Under the pieces are notes generated by a model. That model was not told where the DNA came from and searched no databases. It saw only the letters and a list, made by a program, of their open reading frames with translations. Source: a bacterium (GTDB taxonomy: Bacteria; Bacillota_I; Bacilli_A; RFN20; CAG-449). Taken from it: a stretch of DNA of 63,221 nt. The stretch spans positions 2,740-65,960 of the forward strand of contig CAVFKD010000003.1 in the NCBI GenBank assembly GCA_963623095.1, given 5' to 3'. Each line of letters starts with the position of its first letter. Position 1 is the stretch's first letter. This document shows positions 17,097 through 26,920 of the stretch, in pieces. Position numbers and translations under genes: made by a program.

Positions 17097-19639
17097 TAGA
17101 ATAAATTTTTACCTTTCATTAAATCAATGATTTCTTCATAAGGTAGAGGTTTAGAAAAATAATAACCTTGAATTCTTTCACAACCTACATCTTTTAAGAA
17201 ATTGAAATGTTCTTTTGTTTCAACCCCTTCAGTAAGAGTACGGATATGTAGTTTTTTAGCCATTGAGATAGTGGAAGAAATAATAGTTTTTGATTTGTCA
17301 TTAAAGTTTCTTAAGAATGCCATATCGATTTTAATTTCATCAAATGGATAATCTTTTAAAACATTTAATGAAGAATATCCTGAACCGAAATCATCCATCC
17401 ATACTTCATAACCAGCATCTCTAAATTGATTAATTGCTTTTGTAATTAATTTAGGATCTTTCATCGCGATAGACTCGGTAATTTCAATACAAATATATTT
17501 ACGATCGATATTGTATTTTGCAACTGCTTTTTCTAATTCATCAAATGGTTGACATGCTGTAAAATCTGCGCGTGATAAGTTAATAGAAATAGGTACAATT
17601 TGATGACCTAGGTCTAATTCATAACGTAATTTTTCACAGACTTTATTAATGACAAAGATATCTAATTTATAGATTAAATTGCTATCTTCTAATATGGAAA
17701 TAAAATCTCCAGGTGGTAAGAAACCATAAATAGGATCAATCCATCTAGTTAAAGCTTCCATCGCGACTAAATGGTTTTCTTTAGTACCAATAACTGGTTG
17801 GAAATATATTTTAATCCATTCGTTTTCAACAGCTTTATCAACGTTATCAATAATGTAATTCTTTTTGATAATCTTATTTTTTAATTCTTCATCGAATTCT
17901 TTATAATTGATATTTAAATCATGCTTAATTTCTTGACAAGCAAGTTGAGCAAAATCAACCCAGCTCGCAGGATCTTCATTTAAAGAAGGGACATAAGCAC
18001 CTGCTTTTAATTTTAATAAATAAGAAGGATCTAAAGATGAAGTTTTTTCAACAACTGATTCGATTCTTTGATAAGTATTTGAATCATTATATTCATCATA
18101 AACAACGAATCTATCATCACCATAACGAGCGATTTTTAATCCAGGATAAGTGGTTTGTAATAATGAAGCAAATTTCTTTAATAACTCATTACCATTTTTT
18201 AATCCCATACCTAAGTTATAATACTTAAAATCTTGAATATCATAGAATACGATATGACCTTTATTCGAAGAAGAATCATTGGATAATTCTAATTTTTTAT
18301 TAGATAAGAAGTTAATAAAATAAGTAAGAGTGTATACACCTGTTAAATTATCATAATTCAATGATTCTAAGTTAGTGACATCACGAACAAATATCATAAC
18401 TTCTTTGCAATAGTTATAAATGCTTTGGTTATATAAAACAATGGTTGTTTCATATATGTGTTCTTTACCATCGAGATTGATTTTAGAATTTAGGGTAATA
18501 TAATTATTGTACTTATTTAAATTTAAATATAGATATTCTTTATTTAATACTTTTTTATATGCAACACGATTTTCAAGTGAGATAAATTGTTCGGCATATT
18601 CATTAATAATTGTATCAAAGTCATTATATTGAGAAAATATATCAGTAAATGGTTCAACAGCTTTAAATAAAGTTACTTTACCACTTTCTAAATCAACATA
18701 ATATTCAACTAAATTACTTCTTGAAATAGCTTCACGGAAGATTTGATATTTTTTATATACTTCGGAAGTATTTATTGAATCATATTCTTCTTTATTAATT
18801 TCTTCCATTAAACCCATTACTTCTTCTGGATTTTCTTTATCATCAAAACGGTTAGTAGTTAAACTTAAACGGAAGAATTTATTTTTAAAATTTTTTCCTT
18901 GGAAAATAACGCTGACTGATGAATTACCTTTAGTTAGAGAATTGATAGATTCTAATACTTCTTTTTGATAACCTTCGTTAACTAAATCTTTAACAATGCT
19001 TTCAGGAGCATCTCTATAGACAAAATTAGGTATTGTAAAACGTTCCATTGTTTCTTCTGGAACAATTACTAAAGACAAATTAGGATAATACCAAAAAAGA
19101 CTAGAAGAAGATGATTTTAGATTTTTTTCATAAGCGTAACGATCAAATACTTGTCTTGCGGTAATTAATGGTTTAATGCTAAAAGCTAAATGAGAAATAA
19201 CTTCTTTATCTTCATCATTCCAAATTCTAGTTTCTTCATTTTCATATGGTTGGAATGAAACAAATCCTAAACATATATTTTTATCTAAGAAACCATATAC
19301 TAGATTATTAACCGCGGTTGCATTTCTTGCCGCGGATACATTATCATCAAAAACTTGAACTGGATCATCTTTAAACATGCTTTGTAAATGATCGATATCA
19401 GAGTCAGGAAAAACAATTAAATTTTTATGCATAGTGATAGATTTTGGACCTTTAGAAGAAACATAAGGGTATAAATAATGATTCTTACTGCCTGCGTTTT
19501 CACATACATATATTTGTTGTAAATGTAATTTTTCGCATACATAGTCTAAAATCGATATTACATCTTTAACGGTAATTTCGTTTGAATTAAAAACTTTATC
19601 ATGAAATTCTTCTAATTTCTTTTTAATATCTTTATCCAT
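17096..19639 (-). CDS. signalling protein: N-terminal sensor region, degenerate GGDEF domain, intact EAL phosphodiesterase domain
   Basis: The EAL set is complete: EALTR, INLS, EITES, DDFGSGYSS, KID, EGVE, QGYYFSKP. The GGDEF site reads RYGDDRF instead of GG(D/E)EF. Confidence 0.9.
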   Translation of the reverse strand: MDKDIKKKLEEFHDKVFNSNEITVKDVISILDYVCEKLHLQQIYVCENAGSKNHYLYPYVSSKGPKSITMHKNLIVFPDSDIDHLQSMFKDDPVQVFDDNVSAARNATAVNNLVYGFLDKNICLGFVSFQPYENEETRIWNDEDKEVISHLAFSIKPLITARQVFDRYAYEKNLKSSSSSLFWYYPNLSLVIVPEETMERFTIPNFVYRDAPESIVKDLVNEGYQKEVLESINSLTKGNSSVSVIFQGKNFKNKFFRLSLTTNRFDDKENPEEVMGLMEEINKEEYDSINTSEVYKKYQIFREAISRSNLVEYYVDLESGKVTLFKAVEPFTDIFSQYNDFDTIINEYAEQFISLENRVAYKKVLNKEYLYLNLNKYNNYITLNSKINLDGKEHIYETTIVLYNQSIYNYCKEVMIFVRDVTNLESLNYDNLTGVYTLTYFINFLSNKKLELSNDSSSNKGHIVFYDIQDFKYYNLGMGLKNGNELLKKFASLLQTTYPGLKIARYGDDRFVVYDEYNDSNTYQRIESVVEKTSSLDPSYLLKLKAGAYVPSLNEDPASWVDFAQLACQEIKHDLNINYKEFDEELKNKIIKKNYIIDNVDKAVENEWIKIYFQPVIGTKENHLVAMEALTRWIDPIYGFLPPGDFISILEDSNLIYKLDIFVINKVCEKLRYELDLGHQIVPISINLSRADFTACQPFDELEKAVAKYNIDRKYICIEITESIAMKDPKLITKAINQFRDAGYEVWMDDFGSGYSSLNVLKDYPFDEIKIDMAFLRNFNDKSKTIISSTISMAKKLHIRTLTEGVETKEHFNFLKDVGCERIQGYYFSKPLPYEEIIDLMKGKNLF

Positions 19640-19780
19640 AAATTTTTTCCTCTGATTAATATTATTATATAATATTTATAAATTTTGTAAAGTACCAACC
19701 GATTTTTTAGTTTTCAATAAATAATATCTTTTTTGATTTACTAAAATATTCGATTATTTTAAAAAAATTAGAAATTAGAT

Positions 19781-21187
19781 TTAAAAATTCAATAGCTTCT
19801 TTTCGTAATGCAATATAGTTGGGAAATAGACAATATTTACTAATATCCAAGAAATAGGGAATGCTGCATATAACCAGAATATTGTATGAAATGTTGGCAT
19901 ATTGAATAATGTGCATAAGAATAATATTCTTGTTCCTGAACAACCAATCATAGTGATAATTGCCGGAGGAGTTGATACTTTCATACCTCTTAGATAATTA
20001 GAATTTAATCCCATCCAACCATCTAACCAATAAGTTAATGACATGATTAATAATCTTTCTCTACCTGCCGAAAGTGCGTTAGTTATTTCCATACCATCGG
20101 ATTGTTTAATAAAGATTGATAATAGTTGATAAGGAAGAGTTAAACTTAAAGTTACTGCGATAGCCCAAAATATCATTTGCCAAATAAAGCAAAACCAATA
20201 ACTTTTTTTCATATTTTCTTTCTTATTCGCACCAAAATTTTGTCCTGTAAAAGAGATTAATCCAATGGAAAAAGCATCTAACATCGCGAAAATATAACCT
20301 TCTATTTGAGCGGATGCAGAAGCACCTGCGACAATTTCATTTTCATTGATAGCCACTCCATTAATATAATAATCATGGATAGAATATAAAGAAGATTGGA
20401 TTAAAACATTTGGAATATTAAATGCAAGTCCTTGTATACCTGCAGGTAGACCAATTCTTAATATATCAAGGAATTCACGTTTAGAAATCTTTAATTCTTT
20501 TAAGCGTAATTTTACATAACCATTCTTATTGAATATAAAACAAAGAATAGTTAATATCGCTGCAAAACCTTCTGATAATATTGTGGCATATGCAACACCT
20601 GCAACATTCATTTTGAAGACAATTACGAATAATAAATCTCCTCCGACATTGATTAAACCTGAAGCAATAAGAATGTATAAAGGTCTTCTTGAATCACCTA
20701 AAGCTCTTAATATTTGTGAACCAAAGTTGTATATCATTAAAAATGGAATACCAATAAAATATATTTTTAAATAAGTAGTTGCTTCTTCGATAATAGAAGA
20801 AGGAGTTGACATCCATACTAAGAAATATTTACTAAAAAAGAAACCAAATAATCCAAAGATAATACCTCCAAAAAAAGCAATAATTAAGGCGGTATGCAAT
20901 AATCTTTGGGCTCTAGCTTGATCGTTACTTCCTTTTGCGACACTTATACAAACATTCGCACCTGTGGCTAAAGAGACTAATACTGTAATAATCATATTGA
21001 TCAACGCAGAATTTGAACCTATCGCGCTCATGGATAAAGATCCTCCTCCATAAGTAGAAACTGTCCATAAATCAATTGTTGTATATAATAGTTGTAAAAT
21101 TGTTGTCATCATTAATGGAAGTACAAATTTAGGTATCTTCCAAAATAGATTACCGGTTGTTAAATCTAGTTCTTTTGAAGCAGTCAT
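19781..21187 (-). CDS. MATE family efflux transporter
   Basis: 468-aa 12-TM-type protein with the N-terminus DLTTGNLFWKIPKFVLPLMMTTILQLLYTTIDL typical of MATE/NorM-like pumps. Confidence 0.88.
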   Translation of the reverse strand: MTASKELDLTTGNLFWKIPKFVLPLMMTTILQLLYTTIDLWTVSTYGGGSLSMSAIGSNSALINMIITVLVSLATGANVCISVAKGSNDQARAQRLLHTALIIAFFGGIIFGLFGFFFSKYFLVWMSTPSSIIEEATTYLKIYFIGIPFLMIYNFGSQILRALGDSRRPLYILIASGLINVGGDLLFVIVFKMNVAGVAYATILSEGFAAILTILCFIFNKNGYVKLRLKELKISKREFLDILRIGLPAGIQGLAFNIPNVLIQSSLYSIHDYYINGVAINENEIVAGASASAQIEGYIFAMLDAFSIGLISFTGQNFGANKKENMKKSYWFCFIWQMIFWAIAVTLSLTLPYQLLSIFIKQSDGMEITNALSAGRERLLIMSLTYWLDGWMGLNSNYLRGMKVSTPPAIITMIGCSGTRILFLCTLFNMPTFHTIFWLYAAFPISWILVNIVYFPTILHYEKKLLNF

Positions 21188-21330
21188 AAGTCTTCCTTTC
21201 TTTAAATACGGAAAATATTATAGACGGATTTATAAAATATAAAAGAATTTTTTAAATAGATTAAATAAAATTAGTAACAATTAATTTATATCTATGATAT
21301 AATGAATAATCGATTATGGGGGAAAGTTTT

Positions 21331-24300
21331 ATGGGAGAGAACTTTGAAAAAATTTTAAATGCGCCAGCAAATTATGCTTTGAATTATCGTGATGGCGATA
21401 TTAATTATGATTATTTAAAATCTTTTAAAGAGGAAATTTTAAATGATTTTAATGAAGAAAAAGTTGAAGAATTAATTAAAAAGATCGTGATGATTAATCC
21501 AAATGAAATCAACACATTTTTAATTTTTATGTTGCTTGGAATTAAAGATGATTTAGTTACATTAAAAAAGGTATGTTCTAAATACGAATCAAGATTAAAA
21601 TTTTATCACTACAATGACTTAATTAATAATTTTGATCGCATTAAAGAAGATAATCTAATTAAATTAACAAAATCTTATATTGACGGTGATAAAAGTAACT
21701 TCTTAAATGCATTAAATTCTGTTACTAGTTTAAAGAAAGGTATCATTTCTTTAGCGATTAATTTCTTAGATGAAGTTCCAGAAGTTATTTTAAACTTTTT
21801 ATTAAATACTCCTTATATTGAATATATGGATGTTTTAAGCGACACATTAATTTTAAAACTCCCAAAAGATACTTTAATGATTTTAGCTAAAAAGTATTAT
21901 GTAGAATTTAAAAACTTTGTTGATAAACTTGAACCTATTGAAAAAGTTAATTATTTAAATAGGATGTCTGAAAGTGAAATTAATAAATTATTCTTTAATT
22001 TTAGAGTTTATAATTTTAGTGATGAAGAAAAAGAATTTATCTTTAATAAAACAATTACTTATTTATTAAAAAGTAACATATCTACTTCTTTAGGTGATAC
22101 TTTAACAAAATATCTTTACGATACTGAATCTTCTAAATATGTCTTACCATTTTTAAGTCTAAATAGAGAGGAATTTGATGGAAAAACATCAATCTATCAA
22201 GTTATTAAAGAATATAATTTCCATTATGGTAAGTCAGTATTTAAAAAAGAAGAATTAGACAAATTAATTGGTTATGAGGTTTATTATACAAAGGATGAAG
22301 AAGATAATTATACTTTGGTTTTAAAAATCAATTTCATTCCAACTAATACTTATGTAAGAAAAATTAAATCTGATAGTTTTAAACATCTTGATGAAATGAA
22401 TGAATTTATTCCTTCTGAATTCTTTAATGAATCATTTTTCTCTTATAAAGATATTTCTGAATTCTACCTTCATAGCGAAGAAAATGAAATTAGAACAATG
22501 ATTGATGAAACATTACAAAAGATTAAAGAAGATATTTCTATAAGCGCGACAAAAAAAGTAGAACTTGATTTTAAAAATGATTCATCCGCTTTATACAATC
22601 AATCAATTTTAAGAATCACTAGTGATATTAAAAATAAATACAAATGTGATTTAATTCCTAATTTTACTTTAGATAACTCAGTATCTTTTAAAATCACTAA
22701 TTACAAAAAAGAATATTTAATTAAAAACTTAAAAGATTTTGTCTTTTCTTTTACTTCTGGCAATGAAATAAAATTCTCTAAAGATTTTACTTTTTATCCA
22801 AATTACAATAACTTAAATCATCATGGTCAAAAGGTTTTCGATATTATCACTTATTCATATTATAAAGATGAAGAATCAATTATTTTAAATGAAGGTATTT
22901 TATCTTTATTATTAAATAATTATAAAAAAGATGATTATATTTTAATCAATAATACATTTTATGCTTATCAAGGAGAGATTGAAAATTTAACTTTAGAAGT
23001 AGAAAAAGATACTACTTTAAGATTAAAAGCTTTAAGCGATATCAACGGTTATATTGCATTTAATAATTTAGCTTTAATTTATTCTACTAGTGATAAAGTA
23101 GTTTACAAAGTTTCAGGAAGAAAATGTGAAATTGTTCCATTCTTTATTAAATACAATCACATCAATTTACACGAATTTAATTTTGAAGAATTATTCTTTA
23201 ATGAAGTATATCGTTATTTTAAAGATGAAATTTATTTTGCATATGAAGATACATCATTGATCAAAGATAAAATTAATTTATATTTCGATTTAAAAAATGA
23301 TGTTTTATCTTATGATATTAAAATTAAAGATGAAACAGGTGAACATGATGGTAACTTATTAGAAAATAAGAATATTTTACTAATTAAAGATTATTTAACA
23401 TCATTAGGCTTTGTAGCGAGAAAATTAAATTCATTAGATGATATATATAACTTTATATCAATGGATTTAACATCTTTAAAAGGATTATGCGATATCTATT
23501 TTAGCGATAATATTAAATCAATCGAAGTAAGAAAACTCCCTAAAATTAAATATACTATTTCTTATAACAATAACTTGATGAATGTCGCTTTAAAAGAGAG
23601 TGAATATTCATCCGCGGATTTATATTTAATTTATGATTATATTAAAAGAAAGAAAAAGTATGTTAAATTATCCGATGGAACTGTTTTAAAACTCGATAAT
23701 GAAGACGCAAGAGAATTTTATGAAATTACTAATTCATTATCTTTAGATCCAAAAGATTTGAAAAAGGAAGTAGAATTACCTATCTATAAACGCTTTAAGA
23801 TTAATAATACTTCTGATTATCCATTAGAAAAATATATGGAAGAAGTAGTTTCTAATATTTCTAATTTTAAAGACCATCCTATTTCATTACCATCATTCCC
23901 TTATTCATTAAAAGAATATCAAAAAGAAGCAATTTATTGGTTAACTATGCTTAAAAATTATCGTTTCTCCGGAATTCTCGCGGATGATATGGGACTTGGT
24001 AAAACATTTGAAATGCTTGCATTCTATTCTTTAGATAAAATAGAGGAACCTAGTTTAATTGTTTGCCCTAAGAGTTTAATTTTTAACTGGAGCAACGAAA
24101 TTAATAAATTTGTCCCTGATACTAAATTTATTAAAGTTTATGGCTCATTAGAAGAAAGAAAAAATATTATTGCATCTATTGAACCAAACCAAAGATGCTT
24201 ATATATCACATCTTATGATTCTTTAAGAAACGATGTTGATTTATACAAAGATGTTAAATTTAGATATTTAATTCTTGATGAAGCACAAGCTATTAAAACA

Positions 24301-25260
24301 AATAACGCAAAAAAGACTTTATCAGTTAAAAAGATTAATTCATCATTTAGATTTGTTTTAACTGGTACTCCAATTGAAAATAATATTTTAGAGTTATGGT
24401 CTATTTTCGATTTCTTAATGCCAGGATATTTTGAAGATATTTCTATATTTAAATCAAATTTTGAAAAAGATCCAGATTATAAATCATTCATTTATAAAAA
24501 GATTGCTTTATTCGTTTTAAGAAGAACAAAGAAAGAAATGCTTAAAGAACTTCCAGATAAATTTGAAAGAATTATTACTTGTGAACTTTCTGAAGAACAA
24601 AGAAAAGTTTACGATTCATATCGTATTATCGCAAAAGAAAAACTTACCAAAGAAGGCGTATTTAATGCCTTACCTTATATTTTAAGATTAAGACAAATTT
24701 GTATAGATCCAAATTTATTCATGGAAAATTATGAAGGCGATGCTTCTAAATTAACATTGTTAAAAACAATTTTAGATGAATATTTACCTGCAGGAAGAAA
24801 GATATTAATCTTCTCTCAATTTGTTGAATTATTAAATACAATTGGCTCATCATTACAAGAAAATAATATACCTTATTACATGTTAACAGGTGCGACAAAG
24901 ATTGATGAAAGAGTTACAATGTGTGAAGAATTTAATGATCCAAATAACAAAGTACAAATATTCTTAATTTCCATTAAAGCGGGTGGAAGTGGCCTTAACT
25001 TAATTGGCGCGGACACAGTTATCCATATGGATATTTGGTGGAATTTAGCGTTAGAAAATCAAGCGACAGACAGATCTTATCGTTTAGGACAAAATAAGAA
25101 TGTTGAAGTTATTAAATTAATCGCAGAAAATACAATTGAAGAAAATATTTTACAATTGCAAAATACTAAGAAAGATTTAATTGATTCATTAATTTCTAAC
25201 GATGATTCTTCCATTACTAATATGTCTAAAGAAGACATTAGATTTATTTTAGGAGACTAA
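21331..25260 (+). CDS. SNF2-family ATPase/helicase with about 830-aa uncharacterised N-terminal region
   Basis: The C-terminal part carries LKEYQKEAIYWL, ADDMGLGKT (motif I), ILDEAQAIKT (DEAQ box), LTGTPIEN and a helicase-C region ending QATDRSYRLGQ. ATG 21331 has RBS GGGGGAAAG; the track ATG 21316 has none. Confidence 0.9.
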   Translation: MGENFEKILNAPANYALNYRDGDINYDYLKSFKEEILNDFNEEKVEELIKKIVMINPNEINTFLIFMLLGIKDDLVTLKKVCSKYESRLKFYHYNDLINNFDRIKEDNLIKLTKSYIDGDKSNFLNALNSVTSLKKGIISLAINFLDEVPEVILNFLLNTPYIEYMDVLSDTLILKLPKDTLMILAKKYYVEFKNFVDKLEPIEKVNYLNRMSESEINKLFFNFRVYNFSDEEKEFIFNKTITYLLKSNISTSLGDTLTKYLYDTESSKYVLPFLSLNREEFDGKTSIYQVIKEYNFHYGKSVFKKEELDKLIGYEVYYTKDEEDNYTLVLKINFIPTNTYVRKIKSDSFKHLDEMNEFIPSEFFNESFFSYKDISEFYLHSEENEIRTMIDETLQKIKEDISISATKKVELDFKNDSSALYNQSILRITSDIKNKYKCDLIPNFTLDNSVSFKITNYKKEYLIKNLKDFVFSFTSGNEIKFSKDFTFYPNYNNLNHHGQKVFDIITYSYYKDEESIILNEGILSLLLNNYKKDDYILINNTFYAYQGEIENLTLEVEKDTTLRLKALSDINGYIAFNNLALIYSTSDKVVYKVSGRKCEIVPFFIKYNHINLHEFNFEELFFNEVYRYFKDEIYFAYEDTSLIKDKINLYFDLKNDVLSYDIKIKDETGEHDGNLLENKNILLIKDYLTSLGFVARKLNSLDDIYNFISMDLTSLKGLCDIYFSDNIKSIEVRKLPKIKYTISYNNNLMNVALKESEYSSADLYLIYDYIKRKKKYVKLSDGTVLKLDNEDAREFYEITNSLSLDPKDLKKEVELPIYKRFKINNTSDYPLEKYMEEVVSNISNFKDHPISLPSFPYSLKEYQKEAIYWLTMLKNYRFSGILADDMGLGKTFEMLAFYSLDKIEEPSLIVCPKSLIFNWSNEINKFVPDTKFIKVYGSLEERKNIIASIEPNQRCLYITSYDSLRNDVDLYKDVKFRYLILDEAQAIKTNNAKKTLSVKKINSSFRFVLTGTPIENNILELWSIFDFLMPGYFEDISIFKSNFEKDPDYKSFIYKKIALFVLRRTKKEMLKELPDKFERIITCELSEEQRKVYDSYRIIAKEKLTKEGVFNALPYILRLRQICIDPNLFMENYEGDASKLTLLKTILDEYLPAGRKILIFSQFVELLNTIGSSLQENNIPYYMLTGATKIDERVTMCEEFNDPNNKVQIFLISIKAGGSGLNLIGADTVIHMDIWWNLALENQATDRSYRLGQNKNVEVIKLIAENTIEENILQLQNTKKDLIDSLISNDDSSITNMSKEDIRFILGD

Positions 25261-25262
25261 TT

Positions 25263-25676
25263 ATGATAAAAGAAAAATCATGCGGTGCAGTTTTATATAA
25301 ATATATTAATGGAGTAAGATATTATCTTTGCCTCCATATGTCTTTAGGTCATGATTCTATTTGTAAAGGTCATGTTGAAGGAAATGAAACTGAAGAAGAA
25401 ACTGCCTTAAGAGAAATAAAAGAAGAAACATCTTTAGATGCAGTTTTAGATACTAATTTTAGAGAAGTTATTACTTATTCACCATATAAAGATTGTATTA
25501 AAGATGTTGTTTTCTTTGTTGGCGTAATTAAAGAAGGCCAACAAAAACCTCAACTAGAAGAAGTAACAGATATTAGCTTTTTAACATTAGATGAAATGAT
25601 GAAAACATTAACTTATGATTCTGATAAAGAAGTTGTTAAAAAAGCTGATGAATATTTAAATGCAAGGGGAATTTAA
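25263..25676 (+). CDS. NUDIX hydrolase (Ap4A-hydrolase-like size)
   Basis: Nudix box GHVEGNETEEETALREIKEETSL, 137 aa. Starts 2 nt after the SNF2 stop. Confidence 0.85.
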   Translation: MIKEKSCGAVLYKYINGVRYYLCLHMSLGHDSICKGHVEGNETEEETALREIKEETSLDAVLDTNFREVITYSPYKDCIKDVVFFVGVIKEGQQKPQLEEVTDISFLTLDEMMKTLTYDSDKEVVKKADEYLNARGI

Positions 25677-26827
25677 TGAAAAAACTAATACTATTATTAC
25701 CTTTATTACTATTACCTTTAATTGGATGTGGCAATAAAACTGATCCAAATATTCCTCCATATGATGCGAATAAAAAAATTGAGTTATTAACAAATTCTAC
25801 TGGCGAAGAAATTAATCTTGCTGCAGACGAAGTTAATGATTATATAAATGGAGTTAATAAGATTTCAAAATATAAAGATGTTAAAAGAGATTATCAAAAT
25901 AAAGTTACTCTTTCTTTTAAAGAAGAAGGAGTAAGTTCTTCACATTATCAAATTGATGTTTCTTTAGATATGAATTTTGAAAATGTTTCATCTTATAAAA
26001 CTTATAAGCATTCTATTGAAATAACTAATTTATTTTCTAACCAATATTATTATTACAAAGTTACTAATTTAAATAACAAAGAAGAATCAAATATCGGTTA
26101 TTTTAAAACAAGTGATACACCTAGATTTATCACTTTAGATAATATCTATAATGTTCGTGATTTAGGTGGCATTGATACAAGTTATATCAAACAAGGATTA
26201 GTATATCGTGGCGCGGAATTAAATAAGCATTATTCTTTAAGTGAAAATGATTTAAAAATCTTTGTTGATGATTTACAAATTAAAACAGATTTAGATTTAA
26301 GAAAAACTGGGGAAACTGATGGAATTACAAAAAGCCCAATTTCAGAAGATTTAAATTACATAAATTTACCAGGATTTGATTCATATCAAAAATTAACTAC
26401 TGATGATCAAAAAAGTTATTATCATGATGCATTAGTTACTTTCGCAGATATTAATAATTATCCTATTTATATGCATTGTTATCAAGGTGCGGATAGAACT
26501 GGAACTTTAACCGCGGTTATCGCTGGATTAATGGGAATATCAGAAGATAAAATCGCAAAAGATTATGAATTAACTACTTTCGCTGGTAAAGATCAAAACG
26601 ATACTTCATATTATCGTAATGTATCAGGAAAAGGATATAATTTTATTTTTAGTAACATTCAAATGTTATATCCTGCGGATAGTTTAAAAGATTCAGTTGA
26701 AAAATATTGTATCGAAGGACTTGGTTTAACTAGTGATGAAGTTAATCAAATTAGAGATATTTTAAGTGGTAAAACACTAAGCAATATCAAATCAAATTTT
26801 GTTACATTTTGTAACCCTGTCGACTAA
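25676..26827 (+). CDS. lipoprotein with C-terminal tyrosine-phosphatase-like (CX5R, Y_phosphatase3-type) domain
   Basis: Signal peptide plus lipobox MKKLILLLPLLLLPLIGC, and an active-site loop HCYQGADRTGT. The start overlaps the Nudix stop (TAATG). Confidence 0.75.
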   Translation: MKKLILLLPLLLLPLIGCGNKTDPNIPPYDANKKIELLTNSTGEEINLAADEVNDYINGVNKISKYKDVKRDYQNKVTLSFKEEGVSSSHYQIDVSLDMNFENVSSYKTYKHSIEITNLFSNQYYYYKVTNLNNKEESNIGYFKTSDTPRFITLDNIYNVRDLGGIDTSYIKQGLVYRGAELNKHYSLSENDLKIFVDDLQIKTDLDLRKTGETDGITKSPISEDLNYINLPGFDSYQKLTTDDQKSYYHDALVTFADINNYPIYMHCYQGADRTGTLTAVIAGLMGISEDKIAKDYELTTFAGKDQNDTSYYRNVSGKGYNFIFSNIQMLYPADSLKDSVEKYCIEGLGLTSDEVNQIRDILSGKTLSNIKSNFVTFCNPVD

Positions 26828-26920
26828 GGGATTAAAGGTAACTAACTAAAATTTCTTTACTTAAATATAATTTAATGTTAAAGTAAGTAATAGATTAGGT
26901 CATTATTTGGAGAAAAGATT

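Noticed and set aside
19707-19943. 78-aa ORF overlapping the 3' end of the MATE transporter gene in another frame
   Set aside because: It shares a strand with the MATE C-terminus and overlaps it out of frame. It has no RBS and extends into the AT-rich intergenic region.
21331-25260. SNF2 helicase as part of a phage-defence system (DISARM DrmD, Zorya ZorD and the like)
   Set aside because: No methyltransferase, PLD, DUF1998, ZorABC or other defence partner genes are adjacent. The neighbours are housekeeping-type genes and nothing mobile is nearby.
25676-26827. The CX5R phosphatase lipoprotein as the cognate phosphatase of the BY-kinase at 61222
   Set aside because: Predicted topology puts the phosphatase outside the cell, whereas the Tyr cluster of the kinase is cytoplasmic. 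The genes are also 35 kb apart.
26828-26920. Possible hairpin or regulatory element upstream of plsC (CTTTACTTAA ... TTAAAGTAAG)
   Set aside because: On checking the bases, the two arms are not reverse complements and have several mismatches in the centre. No supported structure.
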